A stretch of DNA of 32,000 nt from Propionibacteriaceae bacterium (lineage in GTDB: Bacteria; Actinomycetota; Actinomycetes; Propionibacteriales; Propionibacteriaceae): positions 1 to 32,000 of the forward strand of contig JAIRQE010000010.1 in the NCBI GenBank assembly GCA_031256725.1, given 5' to 3'. Below are positions 1 through 9,085 of this stretch, piece by piece (position 1 is the stretch's first letter; each line of letters starts with the position of its first letter). Made by a program: the position numbers and the translations under genes. A model generated the notes under the pieces. The model saw nothing but the letters and a program-made list of their open reading frames with translations. It had not been told where the DNA came from and did no database searches.

Positions 1-3000
1 GATTCGTGTATGACGGATTCCACTGGTGAATGTAGTGTTACGGCGACTTCCACTGTCGCAGCTGATCATATGGCTCGCGCGTTTGTGGGTGCCTATGAGT
101 TGTCTGAGCGTGGTTCTCCATTGACGTTGACCTTCACGGCAGACACTGTTTGCATTATTGAAGAGGGCTGTGAGCCTGAGGGTCCTGGTACTGATCCCAA
201 GAATCAGACCCGTGTTGAGGTGACGACTAATGATCAGATTGCTGATGGTGTGGCTCAAGATGTGGTGACTGCTCGTGCTTTTGATCGTCAGGGTAATAAG
301 GCTCCGAATGTGACGTTCACTTTCTCGGCAGGTGATGGTATTGATGACCTGATTATTGAGGATTCGTGTACGACGGATTGCACTGGTGATTGTAGTGTAA
401 ATGCAACATCCACGGTTGCTGGTGACCATCAGGCTCTCGCGTTTGTGGGTGCCTATGAGTTGGCTGAGCGTGGATCCCCACTGACACTGACCTTCATTGC
501 TGATGAGGTCTGTGTGATGGAGGCTGGTTGCGAACCTGAGGGTCCTGGTACTGACTATGACCATCAGACTCATGTTGCGGTGACGACCGATAACGCAACT
601 GCTGATGGTGTGGATGTTGATGTGGTGACTGCTCGTGCTTTCGACCGTCAGGGTAACAAGGCTCCCAACGTGACCTTCATCTTCGCTTCAGATGATGCCA
701 ATGATGATCTGGTTATCGAGGAATCCTGCACAACCGATGACACGGGTACATGTACTGTCAACGCGAATGCAACTGTTGCGGGTGCCCATCTGGCTCGCGC
801 CTCAGTCGAGGGTGTGGAACTGATTAGCCATGGCTCGCCACTGGCACTCAACTTCGTTGCTGATGATCTGTGTGTGGTGGAGAAGGGATGTATCCCTGTC
901 GGACCTGGTACTGATCCAGATCGTCAGACTCGTGTTAAGGTCACGACGGATTATCAGACAGCCAATGGTGTCGAGACAGATGTGGTGACCGCTTATGCCT
1001 ATGACCGTCATGGCAATGTAGTTAAGGATGCTGTCATCGACTTCGTGAAGGATGCCGGTTCCCCCGACCTCGTTATCGAGGAAAGCTGCACAACGGGTAC
1101 CACTGGTGAATGCTCAGTGAATGCGACCTCGACTGTTGCCGCAGCTCATCTGGCTCGCGCTTGGGTTGCGGGTACAGAATTGGTGACCCATGGTTCCCCG
1201 CTGGCACTCACCTTCGTCGCAGACAGTGTGTGTGTGACCGCAGATGGCTGCGAATCAGTCGGGCCTGGTACTGATCCAGACAAGCAGACTCGAGTTGAGG
1301 TAACCCTCAATGACCAGTCGGTCGATGGTGGCCAGAACATCGTGACTGCCTATGCCTTTGATATCCATGGCAACAAGGTGCCAAGCGTAGCCTTCCTCTT
1401 TGCTAAGGCTGACGTTAATGATGTTATGACCATTGAAGGTGGCTGTGTGACTGATGCCACGGGTACCTGTCAGGTGAGGGCAACCTCAACTGTGAAGGGC
1501 GATCATCTGGCTCTCGCTTCGGTCAATGGAACAGAACTCAGCGACCATGGCTCTCCACTGACACTCACCTTCGTCTCCGATGCTCTGTGTGTCGTGGAGG
1601 ATGGTTGTGAGCCAGTTGGGCCTGGTACTGATCCAAGCCGCCAGACTCATGTTGAGGTGACAACGGACTATCAGGTCGTTGCTGGTGTACCAGATGTCGT
1701 GACAGCCTATGGGTTTGATAAGTACGGCAATGTCGTGGAGGGTGCAACCTTCGACTTCGCTAAGGCTGCTGGATTCGATGACCTGACCATTGATAGTCAG
1801 TGTACGACCAACGAGTTGGGCGTGTGTACTGTCGAAGCTCGCTCTACGGTTGCGGGTGCTCACGAGGCCCAAGCTTGGGTCAGTGGGAAGGAACTCAGTG
1901 ATCATGGTTCCCCGTTGACACTCACCTTCGTCGCCGATGAACTGTGTGTCGTCGAGGACGGGTGCGAGACTGAAGGCCTAGGTACTGAGTACGAATATCA
2001 GACTCGAGTTGAGGTGACCAAGGACTACCAGCCAGCCAATGGTTCGGTTGATGTGGTGACGGCCTATGCCTATGACTACTTGGGTAATGCGGTCTTTGGG
2101 AAGTTCTTCGAGTTTGAAGCTGCTGAGGGTTACGATGACCTATTCATCGGCTCCGGATGTACGACGAACGACGAAGGTACATGCGTGGTCTATGCCACAT
2201 CCACGGTGGCTGGCGCTCATTTGGCTCTGGCTTCAGTGGGTGGCAGGGAACTTAGTGATCATGGTTCCCCGTTGACACTCAACTTCGTTGCTGATGTGCT
2301 CTGCATCGCTGAAGAAGGCTGTGAGACTGATGGCCCTGGCAGTGAGTACGAGTACCAGACTCGTGTTGAGGTCACGACCGACTATCAGACCGCTGACGGT
2401 CAGGCCACTGATGTGGTGACTGCTTATGCCTTCGACGCCAACGGAAACGTGGTTAAGGATGCAGTCTTCACCTTTGAGACTGTCGACGGATTCGATGATC
2501 TGGTGATTGAGGACACATGTACGACCAATGAGTCGGGTGTGTGTACTGTCACAGCAACGTCGATTGTTGCTGGCGCTCACAAAGCCCATGCATCGATTGG
2601 TGTGACAGAACTTACATCCCATGGTTCTCCTGTGACGCTGAACTTCGTCTCCGACGAGATCTGCATCATTGAACTCGGATGCGATCCGGGTACAGATGAT
2701 AAGCATCGTACTCGTGTTGAGGTGACCACCGACAGTCAGACTGCTGATGGTGTGGCCCAAGACGTGGTGACTGGGTATGCCTTCGATGTCAATGGCAATG
2801 TGGTTGAGGGTGAGACCTTTACCTTCGCCACAATTAATGATGCCTCTGATCTGATCATTGGCGAAAGCTGCACGACAGATGAGACTGGCGAATGTACGGT
2901 CACAGCCACATCCAAGATCGCTGGGGCACACCAGGTTGCAGCATTCAGGGATGGAATTGAGTTGGTTAGCAGTGGCTCCCCACTGACACTGACCTTCGTC

Positions 3001-6000
3001 TCCGATAGCCTGTGTATTGCTGAAGAGGGTTGCGAATCTGAGGATCCTCAGCGTCGTACCCGTGCCGAGGTAACCACCGACTATCAGACGGTCAACGACC
3101 AACCTGATGTGGTGACAGCCTATGCCTATGACCTCAATGGCAATGCAGTATCTGGTGTGAAGTTCGACTTTGAACCCGCCCCAGGATTCGATGATCTCGT
3201 GATCGGAGACTCCTGTGTGACTGGTGATAATGGTCAGTGTTCGGTTGAGGCAACCTCAATTGTGGCTGGTGCTCATGAAGCTTTGGCATCAATTGGTGAC
3301 TCTGAATTGACCAAGAGCGGTTCTCCGTTGACACTGAACTTCGTCTCCGACGTCATCTGTATTGTTGAAAATGGCTGCGAGATTGAGGGGCCAGGTACTG
3401 ATCCTAATCGTCAGACTCGTGTTGAGGTGACACTCGATTACCAGAAGACCAATGGTTCAGCTGATGTGGTGACCGCCTATGCCTATGATTACCTGGGCAA
3501 TGTGGTCTCCGGAACGTTCTTCACCTTTGAGGCTGCTGACGGGTACGATGACCTATTCATCGGCTCCGGATGTACCTCGAATGATGAGGGTACGTGCGTG
3601 GTCTATGCAACCTCCACGGTTGCTGGTGCACATCAGGCACTCGCCTCGGTTGATGGCACACAGCTCAGTGATCATGGCTCCCCATTGACGCTGAACTTCA
3701 TCGCCGATGATCTGTGTATGATTGAACAAGGATGCACCCCTGTCGGGCCTGGTACCGATCCAAAGCGCCAGACTCGTGTCGAGGTGACCACCGACAATCA
3801 GACTGCTGATGGTATGTCTGCTGACGTCGTGACCGCCTATGCCTATGATCAGAATGGCAATGTGGTCAAAGATGTAACATTCCTGTTTGCCAGTGCTGAC
3901 GGATTCGATGACCTTGTCATTGAGGAACTATGTACAACAGATGCCACGGGTATGTGTACTGTCAAGGCAACCTCCACGGTTGCTGGTGCTCATAAGGCTC
4001 AGGCCTGGGCTGGCGCAACAGAGCTCACCTCAACAGATTCCCCTGTGACAGTGAACTTCGTTGCTGGCGCAATCTGCCTCATCGAAGCTGGCTGTGACCC
4101 AGATGGTCCTGGTACTGATCCTGACAAGCAGACCCGTGTTGAGGTGACAACTGATGATCAGACTGCTGATGGAACAAGTGCAGACGTGGTGACCGCGTAC
4201 GCCTTTGACCTCAATGGCAACAAGGTTGAGGGTGAAACCTTCACCTTCACCAAGGTTGATCCAATCAGTGATCTCGTGATCGAAGGATCATGCACAACGG
4301 ATAAGTCCGGCGAATGTAGCGTCAACGCAACCTCGAAGACTGCTGGGGCTCATCTGGTGAGCGCCACAGTCGCGGACACTGAGTTGACCAGCCATGGTTC
4401 CCCAGTGACGTTGAACTTTGTTGCTGACAAGGTCTGCATCATTGAGGAAGGCTGCGAGCCTGAAGGGCCAGGAGCTGATCCTGACAAGCAGACTCGCGTC
4501 GAGGTGACGGTTGATTATCAGACCGTGAACGATGAGCCTGATCTCGTCACAGCCTATGCATTCGACATCAATGGCAACGTCAAGAAGGGAGTCACCTTCA
4601 CTTTCGTGAATGCTCCCGGATACGACGACCTGGTGATCGACAGTGCCTGTGTCACCGACGAGTCGGGGCAGTGTACAGTCGAGGCACGATCCGCGATTGC
4701 TGGCGCCCACCAAGGGCTGGCTTCCGTGAATGGTATGGAGCTCACATCCAGTGGTTCCCCGTTGACGCTGAACTTCGTCTCCGCCGAGGTCTGCATCATT
4801 GAGGCTGGCTGTGAGCCTGAGGGGCCAGGTACTGATCCTGAGCGTCAGACCCATGTTAGTGTCACAACCGACTATCAGACTGCTGATGGTGTGGCTACTG
4901 ATATTGTGACCGGCTATGCCTTCGATTACCTGGGTAATGTTGTTGAGGGTCGTACCTTCACCTTCTATGCCGCGACGAGCGATCTGGTGATCGACGCAGA
5001 CTGTACGACAGATGAGTCAGGTGAATGCAGTGTCACTGCAACCTCAACTGTTGCTGGTGCTCATATGGCCGCCGCTTGGGCGAACGGTTATGAACTCACC
5101 ACACATGGTTCCCCAGTGACGTTGAACTTCGTGGCTGGCAAGGTCTGCCTCATTGAGGAAGGCTGTGAGCCTGAAGGACCAGGAGCTGATCCTGACAAGC
5201 AGACTCGCGTCGAGGTGACCACCGACTATCAGAGAGCTGATGGTGTGGCTACTGATATTGTGACCGCTTATGTCTTTGATGAGAACGGCAACAAGAAGCC
5301 ACAGGTGAGTGTCACCTTCGAGGCCGCTGCCTCCGATCTCATGATTGATGCTAGCTGTGTCACCAATGATGAGGGGCAGTGCACTGTTGAAGCAACATCC
5401 ACGGTTGCTGGTGCACATCTGGCTCGCGCATCTGTGAATAGCGTGGAACTGTCCAGCCATGGTTCTCCAGTAACGCTGAACTTTGTTTCTGGTGACATCT
5501 GCATCATTGAGGAAGGCTGTGAGCCAACTGGTCCAGGTGCTGATCCTGCGCGCCAGACTCGCGTCGAGGTGACCACCGACTATCAGAGAGCTGATGGTAT
5601 GGCCACGGACGTCGTGACGGCGTATGCCTTTGATGAGAACGGCAACAGGGTTGAGGGTATGACCTTCACCTTCGTGGCAGTCTCAGAAGATCTCATGATC
5701 GAAGCGCAGTGTATCTCCGATGCATCGGGTGAATGTACAGTCACCGCAACCTCGACGGTTGCTGGGGCTCACCTTGCCCGAACCTTGGTTGGTGGTACTG
5801 AACTGACACTCCATGGTTCACCACTGACACTGAACTTCGAAGCAGGCGATGTCTGTGTGATTGAGAAGGGCTGTGAGCCAACTGGTCCAGGTGCTGATCC
5901 TGAGCGTCAGACACGCGTTGAGGTAACCAAGGACTTCCAGGAAGTCGGCGGTTCAGCTGATGTGGTCACGGCCTATGCTTTCGATGAGAATGGCAACAAG

Positions 6001-8808
6001 GTCTCCGGTGTCGCCTTCGACTTCGTCAAGGCAGTCGGTGAGGAACTCACCATCGGGTCACAGTGTGTGACTGGTGACAGTGGTCAGTGCGTGGTCTATG
6101 CGACCTCCACAGTGGCTGGCGCTTATCTGGCTCACGCATCAGTCGATGGTAGTGAACTGACGAGCCATGGTTCCCCAGTGACACTCAACTTCGTCTCCAA
6201 GGATGTTTGCATCGTTGAGAACGGTTGCGAGCCCACTGGGCTAGGTGCTGATCCTAAGTATCAGACTCGTGTTGAGGTCACAACTGACTATCAGACTGCT
6301 GATGGTATGACGGCTGACATTGTCACCGCCTATGCCTTTGACGAGTTGGGCAATGTGGTTGACGCCACGACCTTCACCTTCACTGCCATCTCTGAAGATC
6401 TATCGATCCAGTCAAGTTGTGTAACCAATGAGTCGGGCGTGTGTACCGTCAATGCGACCTCTAAGGTTGCAGGTGCCCACCTTGCTAGCGCGAAGTACGA
6501 AGGTACAGAACTCATCAAGCATGGGTCTCCTGTGACACTCAACTTCGTGGCTGGCGAGATCTGCCTCATTGAGGAAGGCTGTGAGCCAACTGGTCCAGGT
6601 GCTGATCCTAAGCATCAGACTCGTGTAGTCGTGACCAAGGACGCCCAGAAAGCTGATGGTGTGGCCACAGACCAGGTGACTGCCTATGCCTTTGATTCTG
6701 AAGGCAACGTGGTTGAGGGTCGTACCTTCACCTTCGAGGCAGTCTCAGATGATCTCGTGATCGAGGGTTCTTGTACCACTGATGTCACAGGCGAATGTAG
6801 TGTCAACGCAACCTCCACGGTTGCTGGCTCACATCTCGCACGCGGGTTCATCAGTGGCACGGAGCTGTCAAGCAGTGGCTCCCCATTGACGCTGAGGTTC
6901 GTCTCCGGCGGAGTCTGCATTGTTGAGGATGGTTGTGAGTCGGTTGGCCCAGGTGCCGATCCTGCGCGCCAGACTCGCATCGAGGTGACAACCGACTTCC
7001 AGACAGTTGGTGGCGATCCTAACGTGATCACCGGTTATGCCTTCGATGAGTACGGCAATGTGGCTTCAGGTGTACAGTTCAGCTTTGCTGAGATCGATTC
7101 AAGTGATCTCACGATCCTGCCTGCAACACCAAGTCGCCTGCGTACTGCAACGGTATGTACAACCAATGATGAGGGTGAGTGCTCAGTGAATGTGACCTCC
7201 CAGGTTGCAGGAGCCTACCTGCTTTCAGGCACTGCTCAGGGTGTTGAACTGACCAGTCATGGTTCTCCAGCGACTGTCACCTTCCTGGCTGAGAAAATCT
7301 GCATCATTGAACAGGGCTGTGAGCCTGAGGGGCCGGGTACTGATCCGAACCGTCAGACTCGAGTCGCCGTCACCACTGATTATCAGAAGGCTGGCAGTCA
7401 TGATGTGGTAACTGCGTACGCCTTCGATGCCAAGGGCAACAAGGTTGAGGGAATGACCTTCACCTTCGAGGCAGTATCTGGTGACCTCACGATTCAGTCC
7501 GAATGTACAACCGATGCTTCGGGTGAATGTCGTGTCAACGCAACCTCCACAGTTGCTGGTGCACACCTAGCTCGGGCCTATGCCAACGGTTATGAGTTGA
7601 GTGCCCATGGCTCGCCACTGACACTGCACTTCGTACCAGCATCGGTGTGTATTGCCGGGTGTGATACTGAGGGTATTGATCCTTCACGTCAGACTCGTGT
7701 CGAGGTGACTCATAACAATGAGGCCGTTGACGGTCCTAATGTGGTGACCGGTTACGCCTACGATGAGTACGGAAACCCAGTTGAAGGAGTGACCTTCACC
7801 TTCGAGAAGTCAGTGGACTCCAATGGTCTTGTCATCGAGTCCAGTTGTACAACTGATGCCTCAGGGAAGTGCAGTGTGAAAGCGACTGCAACTGTTGCAG
7901 GTGAATACCATGCACACGCTTCAATCAACGGCAAGGAACTCATCGGGCACGGTTCACCAGCAGCCATCACCTTCACGGCAGGTTCGATCTGTATCGTAGA
8001 AAATGGGTGTACCCCTGTTGGTCCTGGTACTGATCCACAGCGTCAGACCCGTGTCGAGGTAACCATCAACTACCAGGCAGCTGGAACAGGTACAGATGTC
8101 GTGACCGCCTATGCCTTCGACAGGTATGGCAACGTGGCTTCAGGTGTTGTGTTCACCTTCGTGAAGGTCAGCGATTCTGTGATCATCGAGTCCAGTTGTA
8201 CCTCTGATGCTCGTGGAGTGTGTACAGCCAAGGCAAGCTCTCAGGTTGCTGGGTCTCACAAGGCCAAGGCCTCAGTGGGTGGCCATGAGTTGACTGCTCA
8301 CGGTTCGCCGCTGGAACTGTCCTTCGTTTCCAGTGACGTGTGCGTGATTGAGGACGGCTGCGAGCCTGAAGGTCAGGGTAAGGACCCGAAGCGTCAGACT
8401 CGTGTCGAGGTTGTCGTCAATGATCAGATGGTGAATAGCGGCCAGAATGTCATCCAGGTCTATGCCTTCGATAGGTATGGAAACCTTGTTCACAATGTCT
8501 CCTTCGATATTGAAACAGTTGATACCGACCTCAAGCTGTCTGCCACGACGGTCACCACGGGTACCAATGGTACGGCTCTGGTGACAGCAACTGCTGGTCA
8601 GGCGCGGGCACATATGGCCACGGTGTCCGTCAATGGCAAAGAGTTGACCAACCATGGTTCGCCACTGAATCTGAGGTTCAAGTCACAGCCTGTACCGAAG
8701 GTACCAACAGGTGGTACGGCTATTCCAACTCATCGTGGTCTGGAAGCTGAGACCGAGGTATCCGCAGTGCTCGCTGGTCCAAGGCGTCGTCACTCAGATG
8801 CTGCATAA
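1..8808 (+). CDS. Giant repetitive surface/adhesin-like protein, 5'-truncated by the window edge; about 25 tandem Big_1 (invasin/intimin-type bacterial Ig-like) modules
   Basis: The frame is open from nt 1 (nt 1-9 encode DSC, matching the module motif EDSCTTD); the stop is TAA at 8806-8808. I counted 25 recurrences of the (H/S)GSP(L/V)TL(N/T)F strand. First to last recurrence gives an average period of about 356 nt (about 119 aa). Each module carries the Big_1-like pattern DVVTAYAFDxxGNxVxGxTFTF...CTTDxxGxCSVxATSTVAGAH...V.G.EL. The linker is VCIIEEGCEPEGPGTDPxRQTRVEV. No N-terminus or signal peptide is visible in the window. Confidence 0.85.
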   Translation, partial: DSCMTDSTGECSVTATSTVAADHMARAFVGAYELSERGSPLTLTFTADTVCIIEEGCEPEGPGTDPKNQTRVEVTTNDQIADGVAQDVVTARAFDRQGNKAPNVTFTFSAGDGIDDLIIEDSCTTDCTGDCSVNATSTVAGDHQALAFVGAYELAERGSPLTLTFIADEVCVMEAGCEPEGPGTDYDHQTHVAVTTDNATADGVDVDVVTARAFDRQGNKAPNVTFIFASDDANDDLVIEESCTTDDTGTCTVNANATVAGAHLARASVEGVELISHGSPLALNFVADDLCVVEKGCIPVGPGTDPDRQTRVKVTTDYQTANGVETDVVTAYAYDRHGNVVKDAVIDFVKDAGSPDLVIEESCTTGTTGECSVNATSTVAAAHLARAWVAGTELVTHGSPLALTFVADSVCVTADGCESVGPGTDPDKQTRVEVTLNDQSVDGGQNIVTAYAFDIHGNKVPSVAFLFAKADVNDVMTIEGGCVTDATGTCQVRATSTVKGDHLALASVNGTELSDHGSPLTLTFVSDALCVVEDGCEPVGPGTDPSRQTHVEVTTDYQVVAGVPDVVTAYGFDKYGNVVEGATFDFAKAAGFDDLTIDSQCTTNELGVCTVEARSTVAGAHEAQAWVSGKELSDHGSPLTLTFVADELCVVEDGCETEGLGTEYEYQTRVEVTKDYQPANGSVDVVTAYAYDYLGNAVFGKFFEFEAAEGYDDLFIGSGCTTNDEGTCVVYATSTVAGAHLALASVGGRELSDHGSPLTLNFVADVLCIAEEGCETDGPGSEYEYQTRVEVTTDYQTADGQATDVVTAYAFDANGNVVKDAVFTFETVDGFDDLVIEDTCTTNESGVCTVTATSIVAGAHKAHASIGVTELTSHGSPVTLNFVSDEICIIELGCDPGTDDKHRTRVEVTTDSQTADGVAQDVVTGYAFDVNGNVVEGETFTFATINDASDLIIGESCTTDETGECTVTATSKIAGAHQVAAFRDGIELVSSGSPLTLTFVSDSLCIAEEGCESEDPQRRTRAEVTTDYQTVNDQPDVVTAYAYDLNGNAVSGVKFDFEPAPGFDDLVIGDSCVTGDNGQCSVEATSIVAGAHEALASIGDSELTKSGSPLTLNFVSDVICIVENGCEIEGPGTDPNRQTRVEVTLDYQKTNGSADVVTAYAYDYLGNVVSGTFFTFEAADGYDDLFIGSGCTSNDEGTCVVYATSTVAGAHQALASVDGTQLSDHGSPLTLNFIADDLCMIEQGCTPVGPGTDPKRQTRVEVTTDNQTADGMSADVVTAYAYDQNGNVVKDVTFLFASADGFDDLVIEELCTTDATGMCTVKATSTVAGAHKAQAWAGATELTSTDSPVTVNFVAGAICLIEAGCDPDGPGTDPDKQTRVEVTTDDQTADGTSADVVTAYAFDLNGNKVEGETFTFTKVDPISDLVIEGSCTTDKSGECSVNATSKTAGAHLVSATVADTELTSHGSPVTLNFVADKVCIIEEGCEPEGPGADPDKQTRVEVTVDYQTVNDEPDLVTAYAFDINGNVKKGVTFTFVNAPGYDDLVIDSACVTDESGQCTVEARSAIAGAHQGLASVNGMELTSSGSPLTLNFVSAEVCIIEAGCEPEGPGTDPERQTHVSVTTDYQTADGVATDIVTGYAFDYLGNVVEGRTFTFYAATSDLVIDADCTTDESGECSVTATSTVAGAHMAAAWANGYELTTHGSPVTLNFVAGKVCLIEEGCEPEGPGADPDKQTRVEVTTDYQRADGVATDIVTAYVFDENGNKKPQVSVTFEAAASDLMIDASCVTNDEGQCTVEATSTVAGAHLARASVNSVELSSHGSPVTLNFVSGDICIIEEGCEPTGPGADPARQTRVEVTTDYQRADGMATDVVTAYAFDENGNRVEGMTFTFVAVSEDLMIEAQCISDASGECTVTATSTVAGAHLARTLVGGTELTLHGSPLTLNFEAGDVCVIEKGCEPTGPGADPERQTRVEVTKDFQEVGGSADVVTAYAFDENGNKVSGVAFDFVKAVGEELTIGSQCVTGDSGQCVVYATSTVAGAYLAHASVDGSELTSHGSPVTLNFVSKDVCIVENGCEPTGLGADPKYQTRVEVTTDYQTADGMTADIVTAYAFDELGNVVDATTFTFTAISEDLSIQSSCVTNESGVCTVNATSKVAGAHLASAKYEGTELIKHGSPVTLNFVAGEICLIEEGCEPTGPGADPKHQTRVVVTKDAQKADGVATDQVTAYAFDSEGNVVEGRTFTFEAVSDDLVIEGSCTTDVTGECSVNATSTVAGSHLARGFISGTELSSSGSPLTLRFVSGGVCIVEDGCESVGPGADPARQTRIEVTTDFQTVGGDPNVITGYAFDEYGNVASGVQFSFAEIDSSDLTILPATPSRLRTATVCTTNDEGECSVNVTSQVAGAYLLSGTAQGVELTSHGSPATVTFLAEKICIIEQGCEPEGPGTDPNRQTRVAVTTDYQKAGSHDVVTAYAFDAKGNKVEGMTFTFEAVSGDLTIQSECTTDASGECRVNATSTVAGAHLARAYANGYELSAHGSPLTLHFVPASVCIAGCDTEGIDPSRQTRVEVTHNNEAVDGPNVVTGYAYDEYGNPVEGVTFTFEKSVDSNGLVIESSCTTDASGKCSVKATATVAGEYHAHASINGKELIGHGSPAAITFTAGSICIVENGCTPVGPGTDPQRQTRVEVTINYQAAGTGTDVVTAYAFDRYGNVASGVVFTFVKVSDSVIIESSCTSDARGVCTAKASSQVAGSHKAKASVGGHELTAHGSPLELSFVSSDVCVIEDGCEPEGQGKDPKRQTRVEVVVNDQMVNSGQNVIQVYAFDRYGNLVHNVSFDIETVDTDLKLSATTVTTGTNGTALVTATAGQARAHMATVSVNGKELTNHGSPLNLRFKSQPVPKVPTGGTAIPTHRGLEAETEVSAVLAGPRRRHSDAA

Positions 8809-8851
8809 ACGCTAGAGGGTAACCTCCAAGGGTCGCTTACACGACTCCCAC

Positions 8852-8900
8852 GAGTACCACCGTATGTTCTCCACATGAATGGGTACATGCGGTGGTACTC
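8852..8900 (+). terminator. Putative stem-loop terminator downstream of the giant gene
   Basis: GAGTACCACCG (8852-8862) is the perfect reverse complement of CGGTGGTACTC (8890-8900). The stem can extend inward (cgtatgt/acatgcg with one G-U pair). It is followed by ATTTGTCTG, which is only weakly T-rich. Confidence 0.45.
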
Positions 8901-9085
8901 ATTTGTCTGCACGATCATAGGCTTTCGGGACCCATCACGGCATAAAATCATGGAATTCACATCTCATATGCTGGGTTCAGCGGGTCGATACCCGCCACGC
9001 CAGTAGCGTGTCAGTATTCTTCTTCGGAAAACAAAGAAGCAATTCCGTGAATATCTTCGCGTCCCCCATTAACAGGAGGTTCCTA

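Noticed and set aside
648-8655. Many 60-290-aa ORFs on the minus strand and in alternate plus-strand frames inside the giant gene (for example 2233-3102, 4288-4854 and 1486-1905).
   Set aside because: They recur with the repeat period, lack starts with an SD, and are fully contained in a long ORF that has clear domain periodicity. They are shadow ORFs produced by the repetitive, stop-poor sequence.
8701-8730. VPTGG as an LPXTG cell-wall sorting motif.
   Set aside because: It lacks the X position, and no hydrophobic membrane-spanning segment follows. I kept it as an open question in the findings rather than calling it a feature.
1-8808. The regular tandem repetition could be mistaken for a CRISPR or satellite array.
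   Set aside because: The period is about 356 nt, with no short conserved repeat alternating with unique spacers. One frame is continuously open and encodes Ig-like modules. These are coding repeats.
8977-9085. Small stems in the leader of the ABC importer operon (GCGGGTcgatACCCGC at 8981-8996; CACGCcagtaGCGTG at 8997-9011) as a possible riboswitch.
   Set aside because: The stems are short and I recognise no known riboswitch consensus (for example NiCo or cobalamin). There is not enough evidence to call a regulatory RNA.
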